The position numbers and the translations under genes are program-made. From the NCBI GenBank assembly GCA_965223505.1, contig CBDCWP010000021.1, positions 32,001 through 96,000 of the forward strand: a stretch of 64,000 nt of DNA. The letters run 5' to 3'. Source of the DNA: Planctomycetota bacterium (lineage in GTDB: Bacteria > Planctomycetota > PLA2 > JAEUHO01). Under the pieces are notes generated by a model, which worked only from the letters and a program-made list of their open reading frames with translations, was not told the DNA's origin and made no database searches. Shown here in pieces: positions 47,867-57,831 of this stretch (the first letter of the stretch is position 1; every line of letters starts with the position of its first letter).

Positions 47867-49309
47867 CTACACCCGCAACGCCTCGACGTCGTCGATCTCC
47901 TTCGCCAGCGCTGAGCTGAGCACCTCCGGGTCCCCGTCGGTCACGAGAACGTCGTCCTCGATGCGGAATCCCCCGACCGGCAAGAGGGACTCGGCGCGGC
48001 GCCAGTCGACCGCATCGTGATGATCCGCGCGCAACTTCTCGTCATTGAGCAACGCATCGATGAAGTAGATGCCCGGCTCGATCGTCACGACGACGCCCGG
48101 CTCGAGCGGCAGGTCGGTTCGCAGGAATTTCAGCCCGGGGCGTTCACTTCGCTCGCGACCTTCCAGGTAGCCGCCCACGTCATGCGTGCCCAGGCCGATC
48201 AGATGCCCGATGCCGTGTGGAAAGAACAACGCGGGCGTGTCCCGCTCGACCAGGGCGTCCGGACTGCCGCGCAGGAGACCGAAATCGACCAGGCCGCGCG
48301 CGATCCCGGTGTAGGCCTCGAGATGAAGCTCGCGGTACTCGACGCCGGACCGCGCGCCGGCGACGGCCCTCTTCTGGACGTCGAGCAAGATGGAATAGAG
48401 GTCGCGCTGCTCGGCCGTGAAGCGTTTTCCTACGGGATAGGTGCGCGTGACGTCGCTGTCGTAGCCGGCGACCTCCGCTGCCGCATCGACCAGAACCAGC
48501 TCGCCGTCTTGCATGACGCGGGCGGTAGGTGCGGCATGCAGCACCGCGGCGTTCGGTCCGCTCGCCACGATCGACGCATAGGCGCACCGCTCGGCGCCCG
48601 CTCGCATGAACCCCGTCTCGATCTCGACTTGCAGCGCACGCTCCGTCAGGCCCGGTGCTGCCATGCGCATTCCGCGTTCATGGCCGTCACACGACGCCGC
48701 CGCCGCGACGCGCATGAACGCGAGCTCGACCTCGTCCTTCGTCCGTCGCTGCGCGTGCAAGCGCTTCTCGAGCGCCAGGTTGGCGTCGGCGTCGATCGCG
48801 AACGACTGAACGATGCCCGGGTGGATCGCATAGGCGGCCGGCCGGTCGAGCAGATCGGCGTTGCCGAGCAACGCGCTGGGCCGCTCCGTTCGTTGCGCGA
48901 GCCACGCCTCGAGCTCGTCGAGGGGAAACACGGCGCTCAGACCGCACGTCTCGCCAACCGCGTCGAGCGACTCGGCACCGCCATGCCAGACAATGTCGTT
49001 CTTCGAAGGCACCGGAACGAACAATGACCAGCCGTCGTCCGCGCCGTCATCGCGGGGGTCGAAGACGAGCACGCCGCGCGGCCGTCGCGAGCCGCTCAGG
49101 TAGTAGTGGTCGTCGTGCGCTCGGAACGCGTAGTGCTGGTCCGTTCCATCCACGACGATCTCGGAACCGGCCGGAACGAGCACGAAGCCGTCACCCCATT
49201 CATGCTCGTCTGACATGAACGCCGAGCGAACTTCGGCACGTCGCGCGACGAAGGCGCTGCGCACGCGATTTGCAGTCGGGATCTCGAGTCGTTGCTGTGT
49301 CGCCGGCAT
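47867..49309 (-). CDS. pepP: Xaa-Pro aminopeptidase (M24B)
   Basis: IVASGPNAAVLH, DAAAE...SDVTRT, HGIGH...HD, TIEPGIY, RIEDDV. Confidence 0.92.
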   Translation of the reverse strand: MPATQQRLEIPTANRVRSAFVARRAEVRSAFMSDEHEWGDGFVLVPAGSEIVVDGTDQHYAFRAHDDHYYLSGSRRPRGVLVFDPRDDGADDGWSLFVPVPSKNDIVWHGGAESLDAVGETCGLSAVFPLDELEAWLAQRTERPSALLGNADLLDRPAAYAIHPGIVQSFAIDADANLALEKRLHAQRRTKDEVELAFMRVAAAASCDGHERGMRMAAPGLTERALQVEIETGFMRAGAERCAYASIVASGPNAAVLHAAPTARVMQDGELVLVDAAAEVAGYDSDVTRTYPVGKRFTAEQRDLYSILLDVQKRAVAGARSGVEYRELHLEAYTGIARGLVDFGLLRGSPDALVERDTPALFFPHGIGHLIGLGTHDVGGYLEGRERSERPGLKFLRTDLPLEPGVVVTIEPGIYFIDALLNDEKLRADHHDAVDWRRAESLLPVGGFRIEDDVLVTDGDPEVLSSALAKEIDDVEALRV

Positions 49310-49770
49310 GTCTTGGGTGTCCCGCGCGGGATATCGAACAGTGCCACTAGCACAACCCACCCAGAGGTCCACTGCAATACGAAGTAAAGCGATTCTGACG
49401 GACGCTCGGCGCGTTTTACCGAAAAGCTGTCCGCTACTGCACGAAGGTCCCTATACCCAGGCAGTGTCTCGCCTCGGATGCAGGGTCGGACGAGACACGG
49501 CAGGAACCCGGCTCCGTCAAGGGGGTTTGAGTGCCTGTCAATCGGTTCGAATACAGATACAGGTGGGACCGACGGCACCCTGGTGTCGATAGACCTGGAG
49601 GTTTCGTGCCTCTTCGCGGCCGGCGGCCTCGAAACGCGCGCAGCCGCCCAATCTCAGGTCGTCGACGGGCGTCTCGCGGAGGGCATCCTCCCGCTGCGCA
49701 AGCCGGGCAGTTCGCTCGGGTGTTCTGGATTCGTTCGTACGACACCCTGATCTCGAACGGAGGCCACCCA

Positions 49771-51657
49771 ATGCGCACGGCGTCATGGCATGGGTCGATT
49801 CCCAAGAGCGCCGGAGGCCGCGCGCCTCACCCGCTCGTCTTTCTCGCACTCTTCTTCGCCGCGCTCGCGCTTCCGGCGTGCGGTGGCGGCGGCGGCACCG
49901 CCGACCCAGGTGCGACCGTCCCGCCGTCGAACCTCGTGTACGACGACGGCAATCCGCTCTACCGCACCGACGCGCCGATCACGCCCAACTCGCCGACGGT
50001 GGACGGAGGCGCGGTCACGCTCTATACCTGCACGCCCGCCCTTCCGGCCGGACTCTCGATCGACCCGTCAACGGGCGTGATCTCGGGTACGCCGTTGGCA
50101 CCTTCGGCGGCCGCCCCGCACACCGTCGAAGCATCGAACGCCGGTGGCTCGACCCAGTCCGTCGTCGTGATCGAGGTCAAGTGGGCCTTGTTCAAGTCGA
50201 TCGAGCCCCAGCAAGGTCTCTCCGACGCGGACATCCGGTACTTCCTCGACCGCACGCACTTCGGGTTCAACGACGCGAAGTACGCGGACATCAACGTCAA
50301 GGGCATGAGCACGTACCTGGACGACGAGCTCGCCGCCATCGGTCCGACGCCGGCGCTCGAAGCGGAAGCCGAAGGGTTCGTCGAGGACACGGACTTCCCG
50401 TCGTTCACGGAGCTCGCACTCTATTGGCTGCACATGCTGCAGCGCACCCCCAATCCGCTCCAGGAGTCGATCGCCCTGCACTGGCACGATCACTTCGCGT
50501 GCTCTTCGGACGTCCTGAGCGAGGCCAGCACCTACTGGTTCTTCGACCACATCAATCTATGGCGTCACAACGGGGCCGGCAACCTGCGTGACCTCATCCT
50601 CGCGATGGCGCGTGACTGGTCGATGCTCGAGTACCTCGACGGCCGCGACAGCACCGCCGCGGCGCCCAACGAGAACTTCGGCCGCGAATACCTGGAGCTC
50701 TACTGCAACGGCGCGGACGAGGGCTACGACCAAGCCGACATCGTCGCGGCCGCGGCGCTGTTCAGCGGCTACCGGCGCGTGTTCAATCCCGGCACCCAGC
50801 AGTTCGACATCGTGTGGAATCCCAACTTCCACAACGCGAATGACCAGACGTTCCTCGGCGTGTTCTTCCCCGGCGTTTCGAGCCAACCGCAGGACGAGTA
50901 CGCACAGGTCGTCGACGTTACGCTGGCGCACAAGCCGCAGGGGGACACGATCGGCTACACGTCGCGTTGGATCGTGAAGCAGATCCTGCGCCGCTACTGC
51001 ATGGAGAACCCCGATCAGGTTCTCATCGACCAGCTCGCAACGGTGCTCGAAAACGCCAACTGGGAGCTGACGCCGCTGTTCAAGACGCTGTTCCTCTCGG
51101 AGGCGTTCTACTCGAGCCAGGCCAAGGCCGGCTTCGTGAAGACACCCACCGAGCACATGCTCGGCTTCATCCACTCGACGGGCCTGGTCGTTCAGATTCA
51201 GCGTGGCAACCTCGGCTTCGGGGACGGCGGTCAGCTGGGTCTCGACAACGTTCTCGCGAACCTGTCGAACCGGATGACGCAGCCTCCGGTCGTGGCCGGC
51301 TGGCCCGAGGGTACGTCATGGTTCTCCGCACAGGGCATGGTGGACCGCGCCAACGCACTCGAGTTCATCATCGGTGAGCAACGCGGCTTCCAGGCGAACG
51401 AAGGGGTGGACCTCACGACGCTGCTCACCAACGGCACGACCTCGACGACGACGCAAACTGTCGACGACATCGAGCTGCGCTTCGGCATCACGCTGACACC
51501 CTCCGAGCAGACCAGGTTGGAGGAGTATCTCGACACGGACGAGGTCGGCAGCCTCACGAACGACCCATGGGACGCGTCGAATCCTACGCACATCGACGAG
51601 CGGCTGCGTGGGCTGCTCTACGTCATGGGCCAACATCCCCAGTACCTGCTTCGGTAG
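49771..51657 (+). CDS. DUF1800 family lipoprotein with Ig-like module (copy 2)
   Basis: LPAC-GGG; LPAGLSIDPSTGVISGTP; RTHFG, HWHDHFA, PNENFGRE, PPVVAGW, QHPQY; GGAGG RBS. Confidence 0.9.
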   Translation: MRTASWHGSIPKSAGGRAPHPLVFLALFFAALALPACGGGGGTADPGATVPPSNLVYDDGNPLYRTDAPITPNSPTVDGGAVTLYTCTPALPAGLSIDPSTGVISGTPLAPSAAAPHTVEASNAGGSTQSVVVIEVKWALFKSIEPQQGLSDADIRYFLDRTHFGFNDAKYADINVKGMSTYLDDELAAIGPTPALEAEAEGFVEDTDFPSFTELALYWLHMLQRTPNPLQESIALHWHDHFACSSDVLSEASTYWFFDHINLWRHNGAGNLRDLILAMARDWSMLEYLDGRDSTAAAPNENFGREYLELYCNGADEGYDQADIVAAAALFSGYRRVFNPGTQQFDIVWNPNFHNANDQTFLGVFFPGVSSQPQDEYAQVVDVTLAHKPQGDTIGYTSRWIVKQILRRYCMENPDQVLIDQLATVLENANWELTPLFKTLFLSEAFYSSQAKAGFVKTPTEHMLGFIHSTGLVVQIQRGNLGFGDGGQLGLDNVLANLSNRMTQPPVVAGWPEGTSWFSAQGMVDRANALEFIIGEQRGFQANEGVDLTTLLTNGTTSTTTQTVDDIELRFGITLTPSEQTRLEEYLDTDEVGSLTNDPWDASNPTHIDERLRGLLYVMGQHPQYLLR

Positions 51658-51682
51658 GCGCGCAACAAGAAAGGCAAGACTC

Positions 51683-52999
51683 ATGTGCAACCACAAGAAG
51701 AAGCACTCAAAGACGCGCGCCCGCCTGACCCGTCGCGACGTCGTTCGCTACGGCATCGCGGCAGGCGCCGGGATCGCTGCACTGGGACCGTTCGGCGGCA
51801 GGCTGCTGCCGAAGGCGACCGGTACGCCGCTTCCGAACCACCGGCGCTGCGTCGTCCTCTACTGCTACGGCGGGTACGACGGCCTCAACATGCTGGTGCC
51901 CACGGCTGGCGAGGCGGTCACGCCGTACACGAACCTGCGGCCCACGATCGCGATCACGAGCGGCACGCACGCGCTCAACGGGATCGCCAACTTCGAGCTC
52001 AACCCGAATCTCGACAACATGGCTGCGCTCTACAACCAGGGCGACGGCGCGATCTTCCAGAAGGTCGGCTACCCGAGCCAGAATCTCAGCCACTTCACGA
52101 GCCAGGACATCTACAGTGAAGGCGTGCGCAACGGCTTCGGCGGACTCCCGATTCAGGAGAGCGGCTGGATCGCGCGCTTTGCCGACCTGTACGCCCCCAC
52201 GCCCTTGGGCGCCGTGTCCGTGGGCGTCGGCAAACCGCTCGACTTCGTCGGTGGAACGTCGAACCCGTTCCTCGTGGATAGTCTCAACGGATTCGAGTTC
52301 GACGTCGACGGCGACTACCCGGCGAACCACCAGCATCGCCTCTCGGCCGTTCAGGACATCCTGAGCGGGTACACGGGCGGATCGTTGGACGAGGACGCCG
52401 CGACCGCGCTGGAACAAGGACTCGCGCTGACAGTGGACATCCAGGACGCGGTAGACAACTTCACGCCGCCGGCCGGCCAGCAGTACCCGAACAGCTCGCC
52501 GGGACGCTACATGAAGGACATCGCGACCCTGATCCAGCACGGAACGGAGACGCGGATGTTCTTCACCGGCTTCAGTGGCTGGGACACGCACGGCAACGAG
52601 ATCGCCGGCATGAACAACCGCTGCACCCGCCTCGACGACGCCGTCGGCGCGTTCGCGGGACACATGCAGGAGATGGGCCTGTGGGATGACACCCTCATCC
52701 TCGTGGTTTCCGAGTTCGGCCGGCGCAACTTCGAGAACGGCTCGTTCGGCACCGACCACGGACACGGCAACTGCTTTTTCGCGTTCGGCGGGACGGTGAA
52801 CTCCGGCTACTACGGCAACGAGCTGACCGCGGCGGAGCTGACGCTCCCGAACAACAACTGGCTGGGATACGACATCGACTTCCGTGACATCTACAAAGAG
52901 ATGATCGACGATCACTTCGCCGGTCTGGGCACGAACTCGAGCTTGATCTTCCCCGAGCCGCAAGACATCAACACGAACCTCAACTACATCACTCCGTAG
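51683..52999 (+). CDS. DUF1501 family protein with Tat signal (copy 2)
   Basis: TRRDVVR; GGYDGLN, SHF, GWDTH, SEFGR, GTDHG. Confidence 0.9.
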   Translation: MCNHKKKHSKTRARLTRRDVVRYGIAAGAGIAALGPFGGRLLPKATGTPLPNHRRCVVLYCYGGYDGLNMLVPTAGEAVTPYTNLRPTIAITSGTHALNGIANFELNPNLDNMAALYNQGDGAIFQKVGYPSQNLSHFTSQDIYSEGVRNGFGGLPIQESGWIARFADLYAPTPLGAVSVGVGKPLDFVGGTSNPFLVDSLNGFEFDVDGDYPANHQHRLSAVQDILSGYTGGSLDEDAATALEQGLALTVDIQDAVDNFTPPAGQQYPNSSPGRYMKDIATLIQHGTETRMFFTGFSGWDTHGNEIAGMNNRCTRLDDAVGAFAGHMQEMGLWDDTLILVVSEFGRRNFENGSFGTDHGHGNCFFAFGGTVNSGYYGNELTAAELTLPNNNWLGYDIDFRDIYKEMIDDHFAGLGTNSSLIFPEPQDINTNLNYITP

Positions 53000-53132
53000 C
53001 TGTGTTCGATCGGTTCCGCCGGCGTGTACCGGCGCCGGCGGAGCCATGACGGTTCGCGTCCCCGCAGCGAATCGTCGTCTCCCGAAGCGGGTATATCGAA
53101 CCGACCTCCACGTACGAAGGGTCGAACCTCGC

Positions 53133-54641
53133 ATGGCCGCACGAATCCCGAACCTCCGCCCGATCCGGCCGGGCTTGCGCGCCGCCCTCTCGGCGGCCGC
53201 ACTGCTCTCCCTCGTCGCCGCTTGCGGCGGCGGGGGGGGCGATGCCGCGCCGACGACGGCGCCCGCGAACCTCACCTACGACGTCGATCCCGGCCTCTAC
53301 CGCGCCGGGGAACCGATCACCGACAACAACGCGTCTACGACCGGAGGCGCGCCGACGAGCTTCACCGTGAACCCGCCGCTGCCGAGCGGGCTCGTTCTCA
53401 ATGCCGTCACAGGCACCATCGGCGGCACGCCGACCGTCGAGACGCCGGGCGCGGCGTACACGGTCACGGCCGCCAACAGCGCGGGCCAGACACAGACGGA
53501 CGTCACGCTCGCGATCGGCAAGCCGCTCCCCGGGAGCTTCGTGAGCTTGAAGGAGGGCTTCGAGGTCGAGTGCGTCCTCACGGGCCTGAACAAGGGTGCG
53601 CGGATCGCACTGTTGCCCGACGGACGCATCCTCTACACCGAGGTGAGCCTGGGCCGCGTGCGCGTCATCGACGCCAACGGCACGTTGCAGCCGGCGCCCT
53701 ATCTCGATCTGCTCTCGTTCCAGCTCGGAGGCGCGACCGTCGACCTGCTGCAGGGCTCGCACCAGGGGCTGCTCGGCCTCGCGATCGCGCCGGACTTCAA
53801 CGCGTCCGGACACGTCTTCGTGAGCCTCACCATCGGCGAGCAGGGGCAGCCGGACCGGATGGCCGTGTTGCGCTTCACGGACGATCCGACGCCGAACGCC
53901 AACCAGGGCACCGACATGCAGGTGGTGCTGGACGACCTCCCGACGGCGGACACGAACTGCGGCGGCGAACTGTTGTTCGAGCCCGATCCCGGCGGCGTCT
54001 ACGCGACGGACCGCATGTGGGTGAGCGTCGGCGATGCGGAGAACTCGCTGAACGCGCAGGCGCCGATCGCGACCACGCCCGCGGGCAAGATCCTGCGCAT
54101 CATCCCGACGACGCCCGCGACCTTGCCGCCGGAGAACACGTCGGGCACGCTCCAGTACGCGAACGGCTGCCGCGCGATCTTCGGCATGGGCACGCATCCG
54201 ACGCTCGGCGGCCTGTTCGTGGGCGACAACGGCGGCATGGACCTGGTCAACGGCCACGACATGCTGGACGAGGTCAACTACGTCATCGAAGGAAACAACT
54301 ACGGCTGGGGCTCCGGCGCCGGCGGCAACCCGTTGAAGGTCAAGGAGTGGACGAACGTGACCGTCGTCCCGGCAGGGCTCACCTTCCACACGGGCGCTGC
54401 GTTCTCGACGACGGTCCCCCCCACCGACAGCCTGTTCGTAACGGCACACCTCACGCGCGAGATCTTCCGATTCGTGATGTCCGGCGTAGCACGCACCGAC
54501 GTGGACCTCGAGGAGGTTTGGGCGCAAATGACGCTCAATCCCAACGACAACCCGCTCGACATCGTCGTCGACCCCGTGACGGACGACCTCTACGTCATCA
54601 CGTTCGGCGACATCTGGAGGATCAGCGCGATCACGCCGTGA
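53133..54641 (+). CDS. Lipoprotein with Ig-like module and GSDH-like propeller (copy 2)
   Basis: VAAC lipobox; LPSGLVLNAVTGTIGGTP; GLLGLAIAPDF, SVGD, GKILR, DEVN, NYGW. Confidence 0.85.
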   Translation: MAARIPNLRPIRPGLRAALSAAALLSLVAACGGGGGDAAPTTAPANLTYDVDPGLYRAGEPITDNNASTTGGAPTSFTVNPPLPSGLVLNAVTGTIGGTPTVETPGAAYTVTAANSAGQTQTDVTLAIGKPLPGSFVSLKEGFEVECVLTGLNKGARIALLPDGRILYTEVSLGRVRVIDANGTLQPAPYLDLLSFQLGGATVDLLQGSHQGLLGLAIAPDFNASGHVFVSLTIGEQGQPDRMAVLRFTDDPTPNANQGTDMQVVLDDLPTADTNCGGELLFEPDPGGVYATDRMWVSVGDAENSLNAQAPIATTPAGKILRIIPTTPATLPPENTSGTLQYANGCRAIFGMGTHPTLGGLFVGDNGGMDLVNGHDMLDEVNYVIEGNNYGWGSGAGGNPLKVKEWTNVTVVPAGLTFHTGAAFSTTVPPTDSLFVTAHLTREIFRFVMSGVARTDVDLEEVWAQMTLNPNDNPLDIVVDPVTDDLYVITFGDIWRISAITP

Positions 54642-54685
54642 ACCCTGGCGGGCAAGTCGCGGTATACCTGACCAAGGAGGTATCG

Positions 54686-56500
54686 ATGCGACCTGGAGCC
54701 ATGCGCATCTTCACAGCGCTCTTGGCGCTGATGCTCGCCGCATGCGGTGGCGGCGGCGGCGCCGCCGGACCGACGCCGGATGCGCCCACCAACCTGAGCT
54801 ACGACGACGCGAATCCCACGTATCGCACCGACGCGCCGATCGTGCCTAACAGCCCCTCGACGCTGGGCGGGACGCCGACGTCCTATACCGTCAACCCGCC
54901 GCTGCCCGCAGGCCTGGTCCTGAACCCCGCTACGGGCGTGGTGTCGGGCTCGCCCTCGTCGGCCGCGCCCGCCGCGCCCTACACGCTCACGGCCGCCAAT
55001 GCCGGCGGGTCGACCGATACCGTCGTGACGATCGAGGTCAAGTGGGCGACGTTCAAGTCGATCGAGCCGCACGCGGGGCACACGGACGACGACATTCGCC
55101 ACTTCCTGAAGCGGACGAACTTCGGGTACGAGGTCGACAAGCACGCCGAGATCACGAGCAACGGCTTCGACACGTACCTCGACGGCATCCTCGACATGAC
55201 GCCGAACGCGGCGCTCGAGAACGCCGCGCGGCAGGCGTATTTGGTCGATCTAGACGACCCCAACGGCGAAGCGCCGACGCAGGCCGACCTGGCACGTTGG
55301 TTGATCTACCTCATCCAGAACAACCCCAACGCGTTCCAGGAAGTGCTGGGCATGCACTGGCACGACCACTTCGCGGCGTCGTCGTCCGTCCTCGACGGGT
55401 TCAACAGCCGCTTTTTCGTGGATCACATCAACCTGTGGCGCCACGCGGGGGCCGGCGACCTGCGGCAGCTGCTCATCGACATGGCGCGCGACCCGGCGAT
55501 GCTCGTCTGGCTCAACGGCATCGACAACATCGCGCTCGAACCCAACGAAAACTTCGCTCGGGAGTACTTCGAGCTGTACTGCTTCGGCGTCGGCAACGGC
55601 TACACGGAGAACGACATCCAGGAAGCGGCGCGCGCGCTGACCGGGTATCGCTACCAGTTCAACCCGAACACGCAGCTCGTCGACGTGATCTTCAACCCGT
55701 TCTTTCACGACACGACCGACAAGACCGTGCTGGGAACGGTCATCCCCGGGCAGAGCCTCACCGACGACTACGAAGCGTTGGTGGACATCACGCTCGCGGA
55801 GCTCGATCCGGTCAGCGGCGTCCCGCGGGCGGCGCTTTGGATCACGCGGCAGACGCTTCGACGCTTCGTGATGGACGCGCCGTCCGCCGTGCTGGTCGAG
55901 CAGCTCGCGGCCGTGCTCGCCGCCAACTGGGACCTGACCGAGATGCTTCGGACGATGCTGCGTTCGGAAGCGTTCTTTTCGACCGTCGCCAAGACGGGCT
56001 TCGTGAAGACGCCGGTCGAGCACCTGATGGGGTTCATCCGCTCGACGAAGATCACGTGGGATCCCGCCACGATGGACTTTTTCTTCACGTTCATGGGGAA
56101 CCGACCGACGCAGCCGCCCACGGTCGACGGGTGGCCGGAAGGAACCCAGTGGTTGTCGGCACAGGGCATGGTCGACCGCGCCAACGCGCTCCGCTTTCTG
56201 ATCAGCGACCGCAACCACCAGACGACCAACAACGTGGATCTCACGCAGCTGATCGCGCCGCCCACGCCGCCGGCGACCAAGCCCACCGCGGAGGAGGTGC
56301 TCGACTTCCTCGCGAACCGACTGAGCGTGACGCTCGCGCCTTCGGAGCGTACGCAGATGCTCGATTACATGAACACGGATCTGGTCGGCGGCAACGTCGT
56401 CCCGGATCCGTTCGACGCGGACGACGTCGTCCACCTCGACCAACGAATGCGCGGCGTGCTGTACATGCTCGGACAGCACCCGTCGTACGTGCTCCGCTAG
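54686..56500 (+). CDS. DUF1800 family lipoprotein with Ig-like module (copy 3)
   Basis: AAGGAGG RBS; LAAC-GGG; RTNFG, HWHDHFA, PNENFARE, PPTVDGW, QHPSY. Confidence 0.9.
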   Translation: MRPGAMRIFTALLALMLAACGGGGGAAGPTPDAPTNLSYDDANPTYRTDAPIVPNSPSTLGGTPTSYTVNPPLPAGLVLNPATGVVSGSPSSAAPAAPYTLTAANAGGSTDTVVTIEVKWATFKSIEPHAGHTDDDIRHFLKRTNFGYEVDKHAEITSNGFDTYLDGILDMTPNAALENAARQAYLVDLDDPNGEAPTQADLARWLIYLIQNNPNAFQEVLGMHWHDHFAASSSVLDGFNSRFFVDHINLWRHAGAGDLRQLLIDMARDPAMLVWLNGIDNIALEPNENFAREYFELYCFGVGNGYTENDIQEAARALTGYRYQFNPNTQLVDVIFNPFFHDTTDKTVLGTVIPGQSLTDDYEALVDITLAELDPVSGVPRAALWITRQTLRRFVMDAPSAVLVEQLAAVLAANWDLTEMLRTMLRSEAFFSTVAKTGFVKTPVEHLMGFIRSTKITWDPATMDFFFTFMGNRPTQPPTVDGWPEGTQWLSAQGMVDRANALRFLISDRNHQTTNNVDLTQLIAPPTPPATKPTAEEVLDFLANRLSVTLAPSERTQMLDYMNTDLVGGNVVPDPFDADDVVHLDQRMRGVLYMLGQHPSYVLR

Positions 56501-56511
56501 GGAAACTCGGC

Positions 56512-57831
56512 ATGTGCCAACGACATCGACGCAAGCAACGGACGCCCGGCCGGGTCTCCCGGCGTGACGTGATCCGCTACGGCCTCGCCGGCGCCGGCAT
56601 CGCCGCGCTGGGACCGCTCGGCCGGTCCATGATGCCCGCGGCGCAAGGCGCGCCGCTCCCCAATCACAAGCGGTTGGTCGTCATCAACTGCTACGGCGGC
56701 TACGACGGGCTGAACATGATGCCGATCACGGCCGGCCCCGCTGCGCAGGCGTACCAGGATCGCCGGCCGGCCATCGGCATCGACCCGCTGGACGCCTTGC
56801 CGCTCAACGGCGTCAGCGACTACGGCCTGCACCCCAACCTCGCCAACCTCCAGACGCTGTTCAACGCCGGCGAGGTGGCGACGTTCCAGAAGATCGGCTA
56901 TCCCACGGAGGATCTCAGCCACTTCGTCAGCCAGGACATCTACAGCTTCGGCGTACGCGGCTCCTTCGGGCCGCTCGGGATTCCGGCGAGCGGTTGGATC
57001 GCGCGTTACGCGGAGCTCTACGCACCCACGCCGCTCGGCGCGTGCGCCATCGGCGTCGGCCTTCCGCTCGACTTCGAAGGCGGAAGCTCGAATCCGTTGA
57101 CGCTGTTCAACTTGACGTCGTTCCAGTTCTTCGCGGACGGTGCGTACCCGGCGAACAGCCAGCACCAGCTCGACACGATGGACGCGCTGTTGAACGGCTA
57201 CAGCGGCACGCCGCTCTCCGAGTCGGCCGCGCTGGCCGAGCAGCAGGGTCATCAGCTCAGCAACGACATCCAGGACGCGCTGCAAAACTCGGCATCGCCA
57301 CAGGCGGCGAACTACCCGGCGTCGTCGCCGGGTACGTTTCTCAAGGACGTCGCCAACCTCATCAACCACGGCACGGAGACGGAGGTCTTCTTCACCGGCT
57401 TCAACGGCTGGGACACGCACGCCGCGCAGACCAACCAGAACAATGCGAACACAGGGACGATGGCCAACCTGATCACGCGGCTCGACGGCGCCGTCGGCGT
57501 TTTCGCGCAGGATCTCAAGGACATGGGCGTCTGGAACGACACGGTCGTACTGATCGTGACCGAGTTCGGGCGTCGCAACTTCGAGAATGGGTCGTTCGGC
57601 ACCGATCACGGCCACGGCAACACGTTCTTCGCCACCGGCGGCCCGGTGATCGGCGGGTACTACGGACCGCAGCTCGCCGAGGCGGACCTGCTGCAGAACT
57701 ACCTCGACTACGAGATCGACTTCCGCGACGTCTACAAGGAAGCGCTGTCGAGGCACCTGGGCGTCGATGACGCACCCGTCTTCCCCGAACCGCTCGAGAA
57801 GAACAACACGCTCAACTATCTGCCGGTGTAG
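56512..57831 (+). CDS. DUF1501 family protein with Tat signal (copy 3)
   Basis: SRRDVIR; GGYDGLN, SHF, GWDTH, TEFGR, GTDHG. Confidence 0.9.
   Translation: MCQRHRRKQRTPGRVSRRDVIRYGLAGAGIAALGPLGRSMMPAAQGAPLPNHKRLVVINCYGGYDGLNMMPITAGPAAQAYQDRRPAIGIDPLDALPLNGVSDYGLHPNLANLQTLFNAGEVATFQKIGYPTEDLSHFVSQDIYSFGVRGSFGPLGIPASGWIARYAELYAPTPLGACAIGVGLPLDFEGGSSNPLTLFNLTSFQFFADGAYPANSQHQLDTMDALLNGYSGTPLSESAALAEQQGHQLSNDIQDALQNSASPQAANYPASSPGTFLKDVANLINHGTETEVFFTGFNGWDTHAAQTNQNNANTGTMANLITRLDGAVGVFAQDLKDMGVWNDTVVLIVTEFGRRNFENGSFGTDHGHGNTFFATGGPVIGGYYGPQLAEADLLQNYLDYEIDFRDVYKEALSRHLGVDDAPVFPEPLEKNNTLNYLPV

Noticed and set aside
53024..56500. 1158-aa ORF suggesting a giant DUF1800 fusion
   Set aside because: The first 554 codons are Arg/Pro-rich off-frame reading of the propeller gene; the real start is 54686 with AAGGAGG RBS and signal peptide.
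55042..57831. 929-aa DUF1501 ORF
   Set aside because: The N-terminal half overlaps DUF1800 copy 3 out of frame; the paralogs support a start at 56512.
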